Shown one piece after another: positions 1 to 11,129 of a stretch of DNA of 64,000 nt. Position 1 is the first letter of the stretch. The number at the start of each line of letters is the position of its first letter. This DNA is from Chiloscyllium plagiosum (Eukaryota). Where the stretch lies: positions 33,480,944 through 33,544,943 of the forward strand of contig NC_057720.1 in NCBI RefSeq assembly GCF_004010195.1. Direction: 5' to 3'. A program made the translations under genes and the position numbers. The notes below the pieces were generated by a model. It was given only the letters and a program-made list of their open reading frames with translations. It had not been told where the DNA came from and did no database searches.

Positions 1-65
1 GAGAGAGAGGGAGAGAGAGGGAGAGAGAGGGAGAGAGAGGGAGAGGGAGGGAGAGGGAGAGAGAG
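1..65. repeat. GA-rich microsatellite (GAGAGAGAGG)n
   Basis: Directly visible. Confidence 0.95.
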
Positions 66-109
66 AAGGAAACTGACACTGCCTTTGCTGTTTGAAGTCA
101 TGTATCGCT

Positions 110-310
110 GGACAAGTGCCAGAGGAAGTGGTGGAGGCTGGTACAATTGCAACATTTAAGAGGCATTTGGATGGGTATATGAATAGGAAGGGTTTGGAGG
201 AACATGGGCCGGGTGCTGGCAGGTGGGACTAGATTGGGCTGGGACATCTGGTCGGCATGGACGGGTTGGATCAAAGGGTCTGTTTCCGTGCTCTATGACT
301 CTGTGACTCA
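110..310 (+). mobile_element. CR1/HER1-like LINE 3' end
   Basis: Near-identical to the 3' ends at 21595-21803 and 29075-29265. Ends in a (CTATGACT)-type tail. Confidence 0.85.
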
Positions 311-417
311 TGGACAAGGACAAGGATCCTTTTGGACATCACACTTTCCAACTTCTCACCATTTAAGAAATATTCTGCCTTTTACTTATACCAAGCAAAT
401 ACCTTTACACTTATTTA

Positions 418-634
418 CAGGTCGTTCTGCTGTAATGCTGTTTCATTAACACAAATTCGCTGTAACGCAACTGACGAATTGGGGACACTTTCTAAAGTGT
501 GAACTTTTAAAATGTGTGTTGGCTGCAATACAATTACATCGCCAACACTTTAAGCTATGTTTCTAAAGTGCGATTTTTTCCATAACACATAGTTACACAA
601 GAACGGAACCATTGCATTATAGAAGAACAACCTG
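418..634. mobile_element. Tc1/mariner-Tigger-type MITE
   Basis: 21-bp terminal inverted repeats (CAGGTCGTTCTGCTGTAATGC / GCATTATAGAAGAACAACCTG, 3 mismatches) flanked by TA on both sides (416-417, 635-636). Confidence 0.8.
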
Positions 635-639
635 TACTT

Positions 640-1170
640 TCTATTCTATACACCCATTCAAGTCCAAGTCCTCTTGAAAGCTCATTACACCCTCCTCACA
701 ACTTGCATCCCCATCTAGTTTATTTTGATATCAGCAAATTTGGAAATATTATATTTGATGTTCACATCCAAATCATTTATAAACATTATGAACAACTGTG
801 GACCTAACATTGATCTTTGCAATACCCACCAGTAATAGCTTTTTATTTCCACTCTTTGCTTTCTGTCTATTGACTAATTTTTAATCTATACGATTACATT
901 CTCCTAATCCCACGCACTGTAATTTTATTTGCTAACCTCCTGCATGGGATCTTATCAAAAGCCTTCTGAAAATCTGCATGGGGCAGATCCACTGGTTTGC
1001 TTTTGTTTGTGTTTTTGTGCTACAAGTAACAAAATTCAAAATGTTTGTCAAACATGATTTCTTTTTCATAAATCCATGTTGGCTCAGCCCAATTTTGCCA
1101 TTCAGATCTAAATGTTCAGTTATCATTGGCCTTAATAATAAATTGTAACCGATTCCCTCCTACAACTGTC
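640..1170 (-). mobile_element. Old degenerate CR1 RT fragment
   Basis: ORF 932..1126 reads SQHGFMKKKSCLTN, a CR1 RT motif. Confidence 0.75.
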
Positions 1171-2279
1171 AACCTAACAGATATGTTGCTCTCCACTCTC
1201 TGCTCTTCCTCCCTTCTGGATGAACCTCAACTGGTCCAGGAGTTTTCTCAATCCTCAAGCTAGATCATTAATAAAGTACTACCTCTTTCCTAAAAGCACA
1301 CTTTTAGTTTCTCAGTGATACAAATCCCTTGGTTACTAAATAACTTTTGGAGCTTTTCTGTATCTTCTTCCATGAACAGAAATGTAAAGTAACTTCAGTT
1401 TCTATGTGATTTCCCTGTTTTCCACAATAAATTTATTCGTGGCTTTTGTACTTGCTTCCGATTTGGAATATGTCAATTTCAAATTCTTATCCACATTGAG
1501 AAATCTTCCTTGGCCTCGCCCTTTCCTATCTCAGTAATTTTCTCCATATCTATAACTCTCCATCATTTCTGTGCTGCTCCAGTTCTCATCCAATTATTGT
1601 GTATCCTAATGTGCAAAGATAAAAAGGTCTGAAATGGTTAACGCTGTGGAATGCATTAAGCAAGTATATTTACTTAAACATGAATTCAAAGATCTTTGTT
1701 TATCCCTAACATTCTAAACATACAAGTCAGGGTTCAACTTCAGGACAGTCTTCTAAAAGAGTTTTAAAAGTACATCAGGAAAAAAAGTTCAATAGGAATT
1801 GCCAGTTTTAAAAAAAAGTAACACTTGGAATTGAACATACCAGATATTTTAAAGTGTACAAGACATGTCAGAACAGAATGCATCATTCACATTTTTCTTA
1901 GTCTTACCTTTATCTTGAAAAAGAATTTCAAAGACTCACAACCCTCCAAAAGACATCTTCCACATCTGTCTTAAACAGTGAGCACATTTTTCTTTAAAGT
2001 TTGACAACAGCCTCGTAGTCCTATTACAAGGGGAAACATCCTCTCATTATCTCGCTGGTAGAAGCCTCCTCAGAATATATACCTGTATGTCTGGAGATGG
2101 TGGGATTTAAACCTGACCTCATAACTCAGGGGTCGGGACACTACCATTGCACCACAAGAGTCCTCAGGATATTGTAGTTACTTTAATCAATTCATTCAAG
2201 CATATTTAGACACACCTCCAGGGTGCAGGGAACTTGAACCCAGGCATCCTGGCCCAGATGTACACAACAGCCCTTGTCA

Positions 2280-2660
2280 GATTATTATGTTTGAATAAAA
2301 TGACCTCTCATTCTGTTTTGGTGACACCACCTTCCAATGAGCTGTCTCTGTCATGGCTTCTTTTCTCTATTGTGATTCAGAAGGCCTCAGCTGTAGCAAA
2401 CTCATCTCCCATACTTGCGCCATCACTCCTTCCCTTCCTTTCCAGATCAACAGAAAGGTTCCATTTCTCCTTACTTTCAAACCACTCATCTCCACATTGG
2501 AAGTATCACCCTCCACCATTTCCATTACCTCCAGCAGGTTGTCACCACCAATCACATCTTTCCCTTCCCTCCCAGTGTCACAGTTCTGCAGGGAGCATTC
2601 CCTCTGTGACACCCTAGACCAATTCTCCAAACCTCCTAACACTTCTTCACTCCTTCCAAG
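2280..2660 (+). mobile_element. Degenerate Penelope-like element ORF fragment (RT C-terminus/linker); apparent continuation at about 3905-4150
   Basis: Frameshifted peptides KVPFLLTF, TTNHIFP and FCREHSLCDTL. Downstream FTSTASNLVFYI resembles a GIY-YIG start. Confidence 0.55.
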
Positions 2661-4169
2661 GCCCCAGCCACAGGCGAAACTGTTGAAGTACCTATTCGAG
2701 ATGGCTCAGGGAATCCATCATGGACCCGACCTGTACGCCTCTCTTCATTCGTCCTGGAGATCATACTCTGTGGTAGTCTGGAATATAAAACTCTTACAAT
2801 GTTAGACTATAACAGATACCTACAAGCCAGGCTTGAGCTAAATTTCTAAAATCATTAGCAGAGTAGCAGCACAGGCTCTTACCCCTAAGAGCTCTCTCAG
2901 GCTACTCCCCTTATTGCTGCAAACAAGCTGTCTTTGTACAGAAATTGCTATTAAAATTACAAAAACACCACGTGTCCTTAATCAGATAAGCAGCAATAAA
3001 ATGGCAAAAGTTTCCAGAGGAAGATAACTCATTGACAGGTCTGAGTACACTTGACTAATTAAGTTACATGCACATCAAAGTGGGAACTGTGGTCAAGCCA
3101 GGCCTCATGGCCAATTGCTTTAGCTAAATGACCTTCCCTTTTAACAGTACATCATAACGAGACTAGTCTAAACTATGTGGAAAAGGTCATGAGGTAACCT
3201 TGCTCAGCTAACATGTCCAGTATCATTGTCCTACAAAATGGCTATTTCTTTTAAAATCACCTTAGATTCACAAAATGCAAATTAAATTCATAACATTCCT
3301 GGATCTTGAGCTCCAGGGAACAACAAACAAATATTCAATCCATAACAAGCAAGTGTACACTCAAATCAGACCACGAAGAGTTAACCTTTCTAACAGCCTC
3401 TGTCCTGTCTCTCTCTCTCTCTCTGGTCCCTTGAACCCTTAGGTCAGTGAATGTAATTTACAGAAGAGTGTTTTCTCTCTCTCTCACACACACACACACG
3501 AACATCTTCCAACTTTCGTACTGTCAGTTTAAGCCTTTGTGTTTTCCTAGCTTGTAAGGGTAATGAGACATTCACATTCCCAAACAATCAAGATTTGGAA
3601 GCTGATCTTCATAAATTCAAATCTGCTCAGTGTAGTATACATGAAAATGCATCAGGATTGTTCTATTACATGCATATTCCACTCTGTTTATTAAATTGCA
3701 AGTTCTTTTCCTAATGAGTATGAGTTTTGTTAAGAGTCTTCAATATAAACAAGAAACTCAGTTATCCAACATCCCACCGTGAAATATGCGCAGCTTCCAG
3801 CCCCTAGGGTGAGAAGGAAGTACTGCCACACATTCCACAAGTGAACACATGTTATCACTTTATTTACACTGATCCATTGACACATATCCTTAATTCTTCT
3901 GAACAACGCCCCACCCCACCTCCCCTGCACTATGGTCAAGCACTTTCCTACATCTCCTGTCGCAGATGTGTAAGGATACAAGCTTTCACAAAGCAATATT
4001 TTACTTCTACTGCTTCCAATTTAGTCTTCTACATTCCTGCTTATGATGTCTGGGTGATCTCTTTTCAGAATGCCTTTACTGTTTCTGTAGAAATGACTAT
4101 GACCTCCCAGTTGCTCGCTATTTCAGAAAACACCTTGTTCTCATGCAAATATTTTTGTTTGGGGTTTCT

Positions 4170-4660
4170 GAGTGACGGACACGCCCTTGTCTGTATCAAT
4201 GGTGCTAAGGTGAAAGTTGTCAAAGGCTTCAGTAAACGTAACTAACAATCTGTCCTGGTCCATCCACATTGATGCTACAGTCAAGAAAGCAGATCAATGC
4301 TTCTACTTCCTCAGAAGGTTAGAGAAATTTGGCATGTTCACAATGACTCTTACCAATTTTTATACATGCACCACTGAAAGCATTCTAAATGGATGCATCA
4401 CAGCATGGTATGGTAACTGCCCAAGACAACAAGAAATTACAGAGAGCCAGTCCATCATGAAAATTGGCCTTCCTTTCATTGACTCTGCCTATACTGTACT
4501 TCCCACTGCCTCAGGGAAACAGCAAATATAATCAAAGACCCCTCCCACCCTGGTTTTACTCTCTTCCATCAGGCAGAAGATGCAAAAGTTTGAAAATATG
4601 TTCAAATAGATTCAAGAACAGTTTCTCTGCTGTTGTCAGACTTATGAATGGATTCCTCAT
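4170..4660 (+). mobile_element. Rex1/Babar-like non-LTR retrotransposon 3' fragment
   Basis: LSWSIHIDATVKKADQCFYFLRRLEKFGM...LTNFYTCTTESILNGCITAWYGNC and FKNSF motifs. Confidence 0.75.
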
Positions 4661-4967
4661 ATGTTAGAGTTGATCTTTCTCTGAACCTTCTCTGTATTGT
4701 ACCACTATATTCTACTTTCTGTTTTATTACCCTGATGTTGTTGGAGGGAATCCTGAGGGACAGAATGTACATGTATTTGGAAAGGCAAGGACTGATTAGT
4801 TGTGCATGGGAAATCATGTCTCACAAACTTGATTGAGTTTTTTGAAGTAGTAACAAAGAGGATTCATAGTGGGCAGAGCGGTATACATGATCTATATGGA
4901 CTTCAGTAAAGCGTTCGACAAGGTTCCCCATGGGAGACTGGTTAGCAAGGTTAGATCTCATGGAGAA

Positions 4968-5250
4968 GGGTGTCACAGTGACTCAGTGGTTAGCACTGCT
5001 GCCGCACACTACCAGGGTCTCAGGTTTGATTCCAGCCTCGGGCGACTGTCTGTGTGGAGTATGCACATTCTCCTTGTGTCTGCATGGGCTTCCTCTCACA
5101 GTCCAAAGATGTGCAGGTCAGGTGAATTGGCCATGCTAAATTGCCCATAGCGTGAGGTATATTAGTCAGAGGGAAATGGGTCTGGGTGGGTTACTCTTCA
5201 GAGGGTCGGTGTGGACTGGCTGTTTCCACACTGTAGGTAATCTAAATCTA
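4968..5250 (+). mobile_element. HE1-like V-SINE (degenerate)
   Basis: tRNA-like head (TGGTTAGCAC...GGTTTGATTCC), V-domain, CR1-like tail CTGTTTCCACACTGTA. Confidence 0.85.
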
Positions 5251-5956
5251 GAATCTGGAACTAGCCATTTGGATACAGAACTTGCTCAAAGACAGAGGAT
5301 GGTGGTGGAGGGTTGCTTTTCAGACTGGAGGCCTGTGACCAGTGGAGTGCCACAAGGATCGGTGCTGGGTCTGCTACTTTTCATCACTTATATAAATGAT
5401 TTGGCCGTGAGCATAAGAGGTACAGTTAATAAGTTTGCAGATGATACCAAATTGGAGGTGTAGTGGACAGGGAAGACGGTTACCTCAGATTACAACAGGC
5501 TCTGGACCAGATGGAGATTAATTCAGATAAATGCAAGGTGCTGCATTTCGGGAAAGCAAATCTTAGCAGGACTTATACACTTAATGATAAGGTCCGAGGG
5601 AATGATGCTAAACAAAGAGACCTTGGAGTGTAGCTTTATAGCTCCTTGCAAGTGGAGTAGCAGGTAGATAGGATAGTGAGGAAGGCAATTGATATGATTT
5701 CGTTTATTGGTCAGAGTATTGAGTACAGGATTTGGGAGGTTATGTTGCGGCTGTACAAGGCATTGGTTAGGCCACTGTGGGAATACTATCGGAAAGATGT
5801 TGTGAAACTTGAAGGGGTTCAGAAAAGATTTACAAGGATATTGCCAGCATTGGAGGTTTTGAGCTATAGAGAGGTTGAATAGGCTATTTTCCATGGAGTG
5901 TCGGTCACTGAGGAGTGACCTTTTAGAGGTTGCCCACATTCTCCACAATGCTTTGT

Positions 5957-6268
5957 GGGCGGCACGGTGGCACAGTGGTTAGCACTGCTGCCTCACAGCG
6001 CCAGAGACCCGGGTTCAATTCCCGCCTCAGGCGACTGACTGTGTGAAGTTTGCACATTCTCCCCGTGTCTGCGTGGGTTTCCTCCGGGTGCTCCGGTTTC
6101 CTCCCACAGTCCAAAAATGTGCAGGTCAGGTGAATTGGCCATGCTAAATTGCCCGTAGTGTTAGGTAAAGGGTAAATGCAGGGGTATGGGTGGGTTGCGC
6201 TTTGGCGGGGCGGTGTGGACTTGTTGGGCTGAAGGGCCTGTTTCCACACTGTAAGTAATCTAATCTAA
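5957..6268 (+). mobile_element. HE1-like V-SINE, young full-length copy
   Basis: A/B boxes, V-domain, (AATCT)n tail. Near-identical to 34444-34762. Confidence 0.9.
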
Positions 6269-6327
6269 TAGGTTTATAAAAATCATGAGGGGCATGGATA
6301 GGATAAGTAGACAAAGTCTTTTCCCTG

Positions 6328-6540
6328 GGTAAAAACAATGACTGCAGATGCTGGAAACCAGATTCTGGATCAGTGGTGCTGGAAAAGCACAGCAATTCAG
6401 GCAGCATCCGACGAGCAGCAAAATCGACGTTTCGGGCAAAAGCCCTTCTGATTCCTGATGAAGGGCTTTTGCCCGAAACGTCGATTTTGCTGCTCGTCGG
6501 ATGCTGCCTGAATTGCTGTGCTCTTCCAGCACCACTGATC
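6328..6540. mobile_element. Palindromic PLE-derived mini-element carrying a hammerhead motif
   Basis: About 80-bp near-perfect inverted arms. 16-bp TSD CAAAGTCTTTTCCCTG (6312-6327 / 6541-6556). Confidence 0.85.
6453..6484 (+). ncRNA. Minimal type-I hammerhead ribozyme motif
   Basis: CUGAUGA (6455-6461), A, GGGC UUUU GCCC, GAAACGUC (6475-6482). Stem I is only about 2 bp. Confidence 0.6.
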
Positions 6541-6859
6541 CAAAGTCTTTTCCCTGTGGTGGGGGAGTCCAGATCTAGAGGGTATAGGTTTAGGGTGAGG
6601 TGAGGGGGCGGGAGATATAAAAGAGACCTAAGGGGCAACATTTTCACGCAGAGGGCCATACGTTTATGGAATGAGCTGCCAGAGGAAGTTGTGGAGGCTG
6701 GTACAATTACAACATTTAAAAGGCTGGGTATATGAATATGTTCTTAATAGAGAGAAGCCTTTCACACTTTACACCTATTTTACATTTGTCTTTCACAACC
6801 ACTAACAAACCCGTTCTTTTTGCACTGAGCCTCTACACCATCCGCGGCCTTGCTCCTCC

Positions 6860-6995
6860 TCTTGTCCAAAATATAAAAATAACCATTTTCCAGCACCTTG
6901 CAGTTCTGAGGAAGAGCCATATCGGATTCGAAACCTTAACTCTATTACTAGCCCAGTTGAGTCTCTCCAACGTTTTTTGCGTTTGTTTTATGTTT
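6860..6995 (+). mobile_element. Degenerate HHR-bearing mini-element just upstream of the ATP6V0B promoter
   Basis: GTT CTGAGGA AGAGCCATATCGGATTC GAAACCTT AAC followed by the family tail. Confidence 0.55.
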
Positions 6996-7059
6996 CCCCC
7001 TCTGCTCTGAGCAAGCACGCAACCGGGTGGAGCATGCCGGTCATTGTAGTTCCTCTCCG

Positions 7060-7193
7060 TGCCTACATCTCCCAGGATGCCGCGCGGGCGGTGACGCGCT
7101 TCACGTGATATCGCCCAACGCCTCACGTGACTGGTGCCCGAGCGTTGGACAGAATCGCCCTGGTCACCGACCGCTAGCCGTCTGTCCGGAACA
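7060..7193 (+). promoter_or_regulatory. ATP6V0B CpG-rich promoter/5'UTR with two TCACGTGA E-boxes (7101-7108, 7123-7130; CLEAR-type) and a TGACG half-site (7092-7096)
   Basis: Clearest non-repeat CpG-dense stretch in the window. Two palindromic TCACGTGA lie 60-95 nt upstream of the ATG. Confidence 0.8.
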
Positions 7194-7260
7194 ATGAACG
7201 GCTACGCGCTGCTCTACGGCGGTATCACTGTGGCCTTTTGGTCTACCATCCTGGTAGTAG
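7194..7260 (+). CDS. ATP6V0B: ATP6V0B exon 1 (coding part, 67 nt): MNGYALLYGGITVAFWSTILVV(G)
   Basis: ATG in ACAATGA context within a CpG-rich region. Peptide resembles the vertebrate V-ATPase c'' N-terminus. Donor GTAAGA at 7261. Confidence 0.95.
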
Positions 7261-8669
7261 GTAAGACAGCGGGAGTGTGGAGACGGAGGGTGGCTCCCTT
7301 CTGAGCCCAGCCCTGTGTCGGGCCTAGTGTAGCCGTGGTCCGAGGGTCCTTCCACCGGCGCAGCACCTTCTGCTGTTGGAGGTTTTAAACATATGCACAC
7401 GATGTTGCAGCTTTTGACATGCAACCGTGGAGGTGTCTCCCGTTTGTATCACTTTGTGAGGGCTGTATTTTTAATGAATGAACCCACAACCTGTTGAGAA
7501 TCACTGTCAGGAATGAAATTGGGCGTCAAAATAACCCCCAAAGTGCTGCGGATGCTGGAAATCAGAAGCAACAGAAGTTGCTGGAGAAACTCAGCAGGTC
7601 TGGCAGCATCAATGAGGAGATGGTATCTACGTTTTGGGTCCAGTGAGCCTCGTTTTGCCAACCTCATGAAAATGAATTTGTTAATGAAGAGCGAGATTAA
7701 TTACAGATTTATAGAGTAATGTGGAGTGTTGCAGGTGTTGGATGAGTAAATACTTAAAACATTTTGTAGCATGTGGTTTCTGACCTTAAAGTGCATTAAA
7801 TGTGCAGTGATTCCTGTGCAAATGTGTAGGGTTGAGCTGAACAGTTTTCTCTGTTGATCAGAATTAAGAGAACATGAAAAGATATCTAAAAAAAAGACAT
7901 TCTGATGCATGTAGACTTGAAATTCTTTTTATAATTTCAAATGAGGCTATTCAATGATGTAATTAATATCTTGAACAAATGTGACAATTCTGGGTCTCCT
8001 GACCCATAGGTATGAACACTACCACTGTGCCATAATGATCCTGACATATCACTTTTTCTTATGTTGCTGTAACAGTATGTTGATTATGCTGACATTTGTG
8101 ATTGAGTATTCATGCTGATTTTTGCTGGAAACTGGGTGGGATAAGGTTCTAATTCTGTCAGTGGTGAATATTACCACAACTTCCTATGCTAGTCTTCTGA
8201 TCAACAATAGAGGAATAAGGAATTTGACAGTTGTGCATTTGTTTTGGAAATTTTTTTTGTGAACCTGTCAGAGCAGTAGTATCCAATCTCTAAACAGTTA
8301 TAGAACATTACAGGCCATTTGGCCATTAATATTGTGCCAACCTTTGTATCCTACTCTGAGATCAAACTAACCTACGTGCCTGACATTTTACTATCATCTA
8401 TGCGCATATCCAGAGTTGCCTTAATGTCCCTAATGTATCTGACTATTACCACTTTTGGCAGTGCATTCCACACACCTACCATTCTGTGTTATGTTTGCTG
8501 ACTTTTTGGAAATTAGCATAGATTTCTAGAATCAAGCTGATGTGGCTGGAAATTGAAATGTTATGTTTGAAATTCAAGGTTGAGTGTAACTTTCTTTATC
8601 AGCTGTGTGTTTGCAGGGCTAAGCATTTAAATTTATGTTCAGCTTTGGTTTCATGTATGTTTAAGGGGA

Positions 8670-9905
8670 TCAGGTGTGGTTCAGCAATTGCACACTTATT
8701 TTGAGTCTGAGATTGAGGGCCCAGATCCCAGTTCAGACACTGAATTGCCACTCCAATGTTATTCAAGATTTGTGTAAAGATTTGTAGCTTGGCTGCCAGT
8801 TGCAGCAGTTGGGTATGTTCACTGAGCTGGGAATTTGGTTTGCAGATGTTTCATCCCTTTCTAGGTGAGATCCTCAGTGTTGTGGAGCCTCCTGTGACAG
8901 TTGGAATTTGTGGTTTCGCTCCCGTTGCTCTCGGTTTACCAGTTCTGGTTATTTGTTGCAGTGGTCAGTATATTGGGTCTAGGTCAATGTGTTTATTGAT
9001 GGAATCTGTGGATGAGTGCCATATTTCTAAGAATTGTCTGTGTCCTCTGTTTAGCTTGTCCTATTATTGCTGTGTTGTCCCAGTCGAATTTGTGGTCCTC
9101 GTTGTCTATGTAATTATTATTAGGGGTAGCTGGTCGTGATGTTTAATTGGTGTTCATGAATGCGGACTGCTAGTTGTCTGCCTATTTGTTCTGTACAGTG
9201 TTTCATGCAGTCTCTGCATGGAATCTTGTACACCATGTTTTTCCTGCACATGGTCTTTTCTGGTGAATTGTCTGAGCATAGCTGTTGGCTTACGTGTTGT
9301 TGTAAATCTGAGTGGTCAGCGGAGTCTGGAGGAATCAAAGATATTCTTTATGTAAGGTAGGGTGGTTAGTATGTTGGGTCGTGGCATGTCCTCGTCACAT
9401 TGTTTGTCTGCCAGACATCTGCTGATAAAGTTGCGGGGATATCCATTCTTGGCAAAGAATCTGTAGAGGTGTTCTCTTTGCAGACCGGGAGTGCTACAGT
9501 CTGTTGTAGCCCTTTTGAACAGGGTCCTAATGCTGTTTCTCTTGTGTGTTTGGTTAGTTCTTATAATTAAGGATCTGGTCAGTATGTGTGGTTTTTCTGT
9601 ACAGTTTTGTACAGTGCTGTATTGAGGAAGTGCTGCAGTTTTAAATGTATCAGTTTTCATGTCCCAGTAAACTGAGATCCTGTCCCTTTCTAAGGTTGGC
9701 ATTGAAGATCCAATGCCATATTTTCAAAGAGCAGGCTGTCCAACTGTTAATAAATGCACAAGTAGGTCACTGTCTTCCTGCTGTTTGTCAAATCAAGCTG
9801 TGAAGGAGCAGGCAAAGACGTTTCCTATTTTGCAGTTAAAAGGTGACATTGACTGGAAGCTCCATAGTATCCTGTGGTCATGGGACACATTGTTTAAGAA
9901 AAATC
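8670..9905 (+). mobile_element. Old Deu-domain-like SINE split by a Penelope insertion (head about 8670-8760, body about 9610-9905)
   Basis: tRNA-like head, then CAGTGCTGTATTGAGGAAGTGCTGC...GAAGATCCAATGCCATATTTT..AAGAGCAGG. Related copies at about 13570-13960(-), 14070-14370(-) and 52030-52290(+). Confidence 0.55.
8768..9560 (-). mobile_element. Penelope-like element 3' fragment (GIY-YIG region + pseudo-LTR), family A, degenerate
   Basis: ORFs give MVYKIPCRDCMKHCTEQIGRQLAVRIHEH and HKRNSIRTLFKRATT. Decayed HHR at 8842-8880. Confidence 0.85.
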
Positions 9906-9994
9906 TAATGTAATTATTGGGCCTTTCGCTCATTCAATGCATCATGGCATACAGAAATAAGTATGCAATAAAAATTTTCCAAAGCTTTCATTGT

Positions 9995-10131
9995 TGAGAG
10001 TGTAGTACAGAAAAGCACAGTAGGTCAGGCAGCATCCAAGGAGCAGGAGAATTGACTTTTCAGGTATAAGCTCTTCTTCAGGAACCTATGCACTCAACTC
10101 TTATCTCCAGCATCTGTAGTCCTCACTTTCT
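9995..10131. mobile_element. Degenerate inverted mini-element (HHR family C)
   Basis: Family sequence on both strands. 15-bp TSD CAAAGCTTTCATTGT (9980-9994 / 10132-10146). Confidence 0.75.
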
Positions 10132-10920
10132 CAAAGCTTTCATTGTGTTGAGTTAGCAAACCTATAACCGTGTGGTAATTGGTATTTTACCTGAGTGTCT
10201 TGTCAACAGGGTGAACAATTTGGAATTGCTTTTAATAGTGGTAATGAGTGTCAGTTGCCCAACAAGTACATTTCATGTAGCTTGTTCTGTTCTCCATTTG
10301 TTGTGTGTCATTTTAACTGATTCAATTTTATAGTTTACAGTTGCAACCTTTGTTGTGACGGTTATTGTTTGGAATTCAGAACTTGCAAATTGAGCTTGAA
10401 ACCTAATATACATCGATATCTTTGAAAATACAAGGAGTAAACTACAAATTCATTGGAAATAGGGAGAAAGTTCTGGTTCTAAAAGAGTTAAAGCAGTCTG
10501 CAAAGTGTTTCAATTTTGCATAACATGGGAAATTCCACCGTTGTGGTAATAGTATTTGTGGTGTCAGGCAAGCATTTTGGGAACTGATTACATTGTTAAA
10601 ACCTTTTGTGTTGTGAAATAATTGACATTTCTTGCAGTTCTTAAAGTTGAATAAAAAACTGTCAAAATTGAAAGAATATTAGTTTGTTAACTCCCTTTGC
10701 AAGCCTCTGTTTTGAGGTTCTGTTCTTTGACTGTATAAAGGGTGGGAAAGTGGGGATCTGAGAGCAGAGGGCAATGTCACAACTGAGGAAATGCTTCTAG
10801 AGTATTGTATACAATTCAAAATACCAAAGTTTAGATAGGATGTCAACGAGGGTACACAAGAGACTTACAAAGATCAGGGACTTCAAATATGTTGAGAGAT
10901 TAAAGAAAGTGGGGTTATCT

Positions 10921-11114
10921 AGTTTTGAGAAGATTTGTACCTCAGGTTGAGGTTCTGAATGTATGTTTGCTTGCTGAGCTGGAAGGTTTGTTCTCAGACG
11001 TTTCGTCACTATACTAGTTAACATCGTCATTGAGCCTCATCTGGAGGCCCACTGATATTAACTGATGAAACATCTGAAAACGAACCTTCCAGCTGAGCAA
11101 GCAAACTTACGTCC
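10921..11114. mobile_element. Palindromic mini-element made only of Penelope family-B pseudo-LTRs
   Basis: Arms match 29587-29660 and 30575-30685. 15-bp TSD AAAGTGGGGTTATCT (10906-10920 / 11115-11129). Confidence 0.8.
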
Positions 11115-11129
11115 AAAGTGGGGTTATCT

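Larger units (their letters stand above)
4730..6730 (+). mobile_element. CR1/HER1-like LINE RT to 3' region, interrupted by two SINEs and a palindromic mini-element
   Basis: [23 protein letters not shown] and KFADDTK motifs. Colinear with the copies at 20865 and 28290. Confidence 0.9.

Noticed and set aside
2660..3900. About 1.2-kb insert splitting a decayed PLE ORF; possible ERV/solo LTR
   Set aside because: No convincing TG..CA pair with TSD or PBS could be fixed by eye, so it is left unassigned.
5932..5956. CTCCACAATG found just 5' of two HE1 copies (5941 and 34433), suggesting a shared leader
   Set aside because: At 34433 the sequence overlaps the AATGT(G) TSD and so looks like host flank. 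At 5935 it partly copies the SINE's internal CACATTCTCC. The third young copy (56997) lacks it.
5957..6030. tRNA-like sequences with A/B boxes (also 34444, 54590, 56997)
   Set aside because: These are SINE heads continuing into V-domain or LINE-derived tails, not tRNA genes.
6260..6603. Two opposite-strand ORFs encoding nearly the same peptide (MVLE.HSNSGSIRRAAKSTFRAKAL...)
   Set aside because: Artefact of the DNA palindrome at 6328-6540. No splice context or protein family resemblance.
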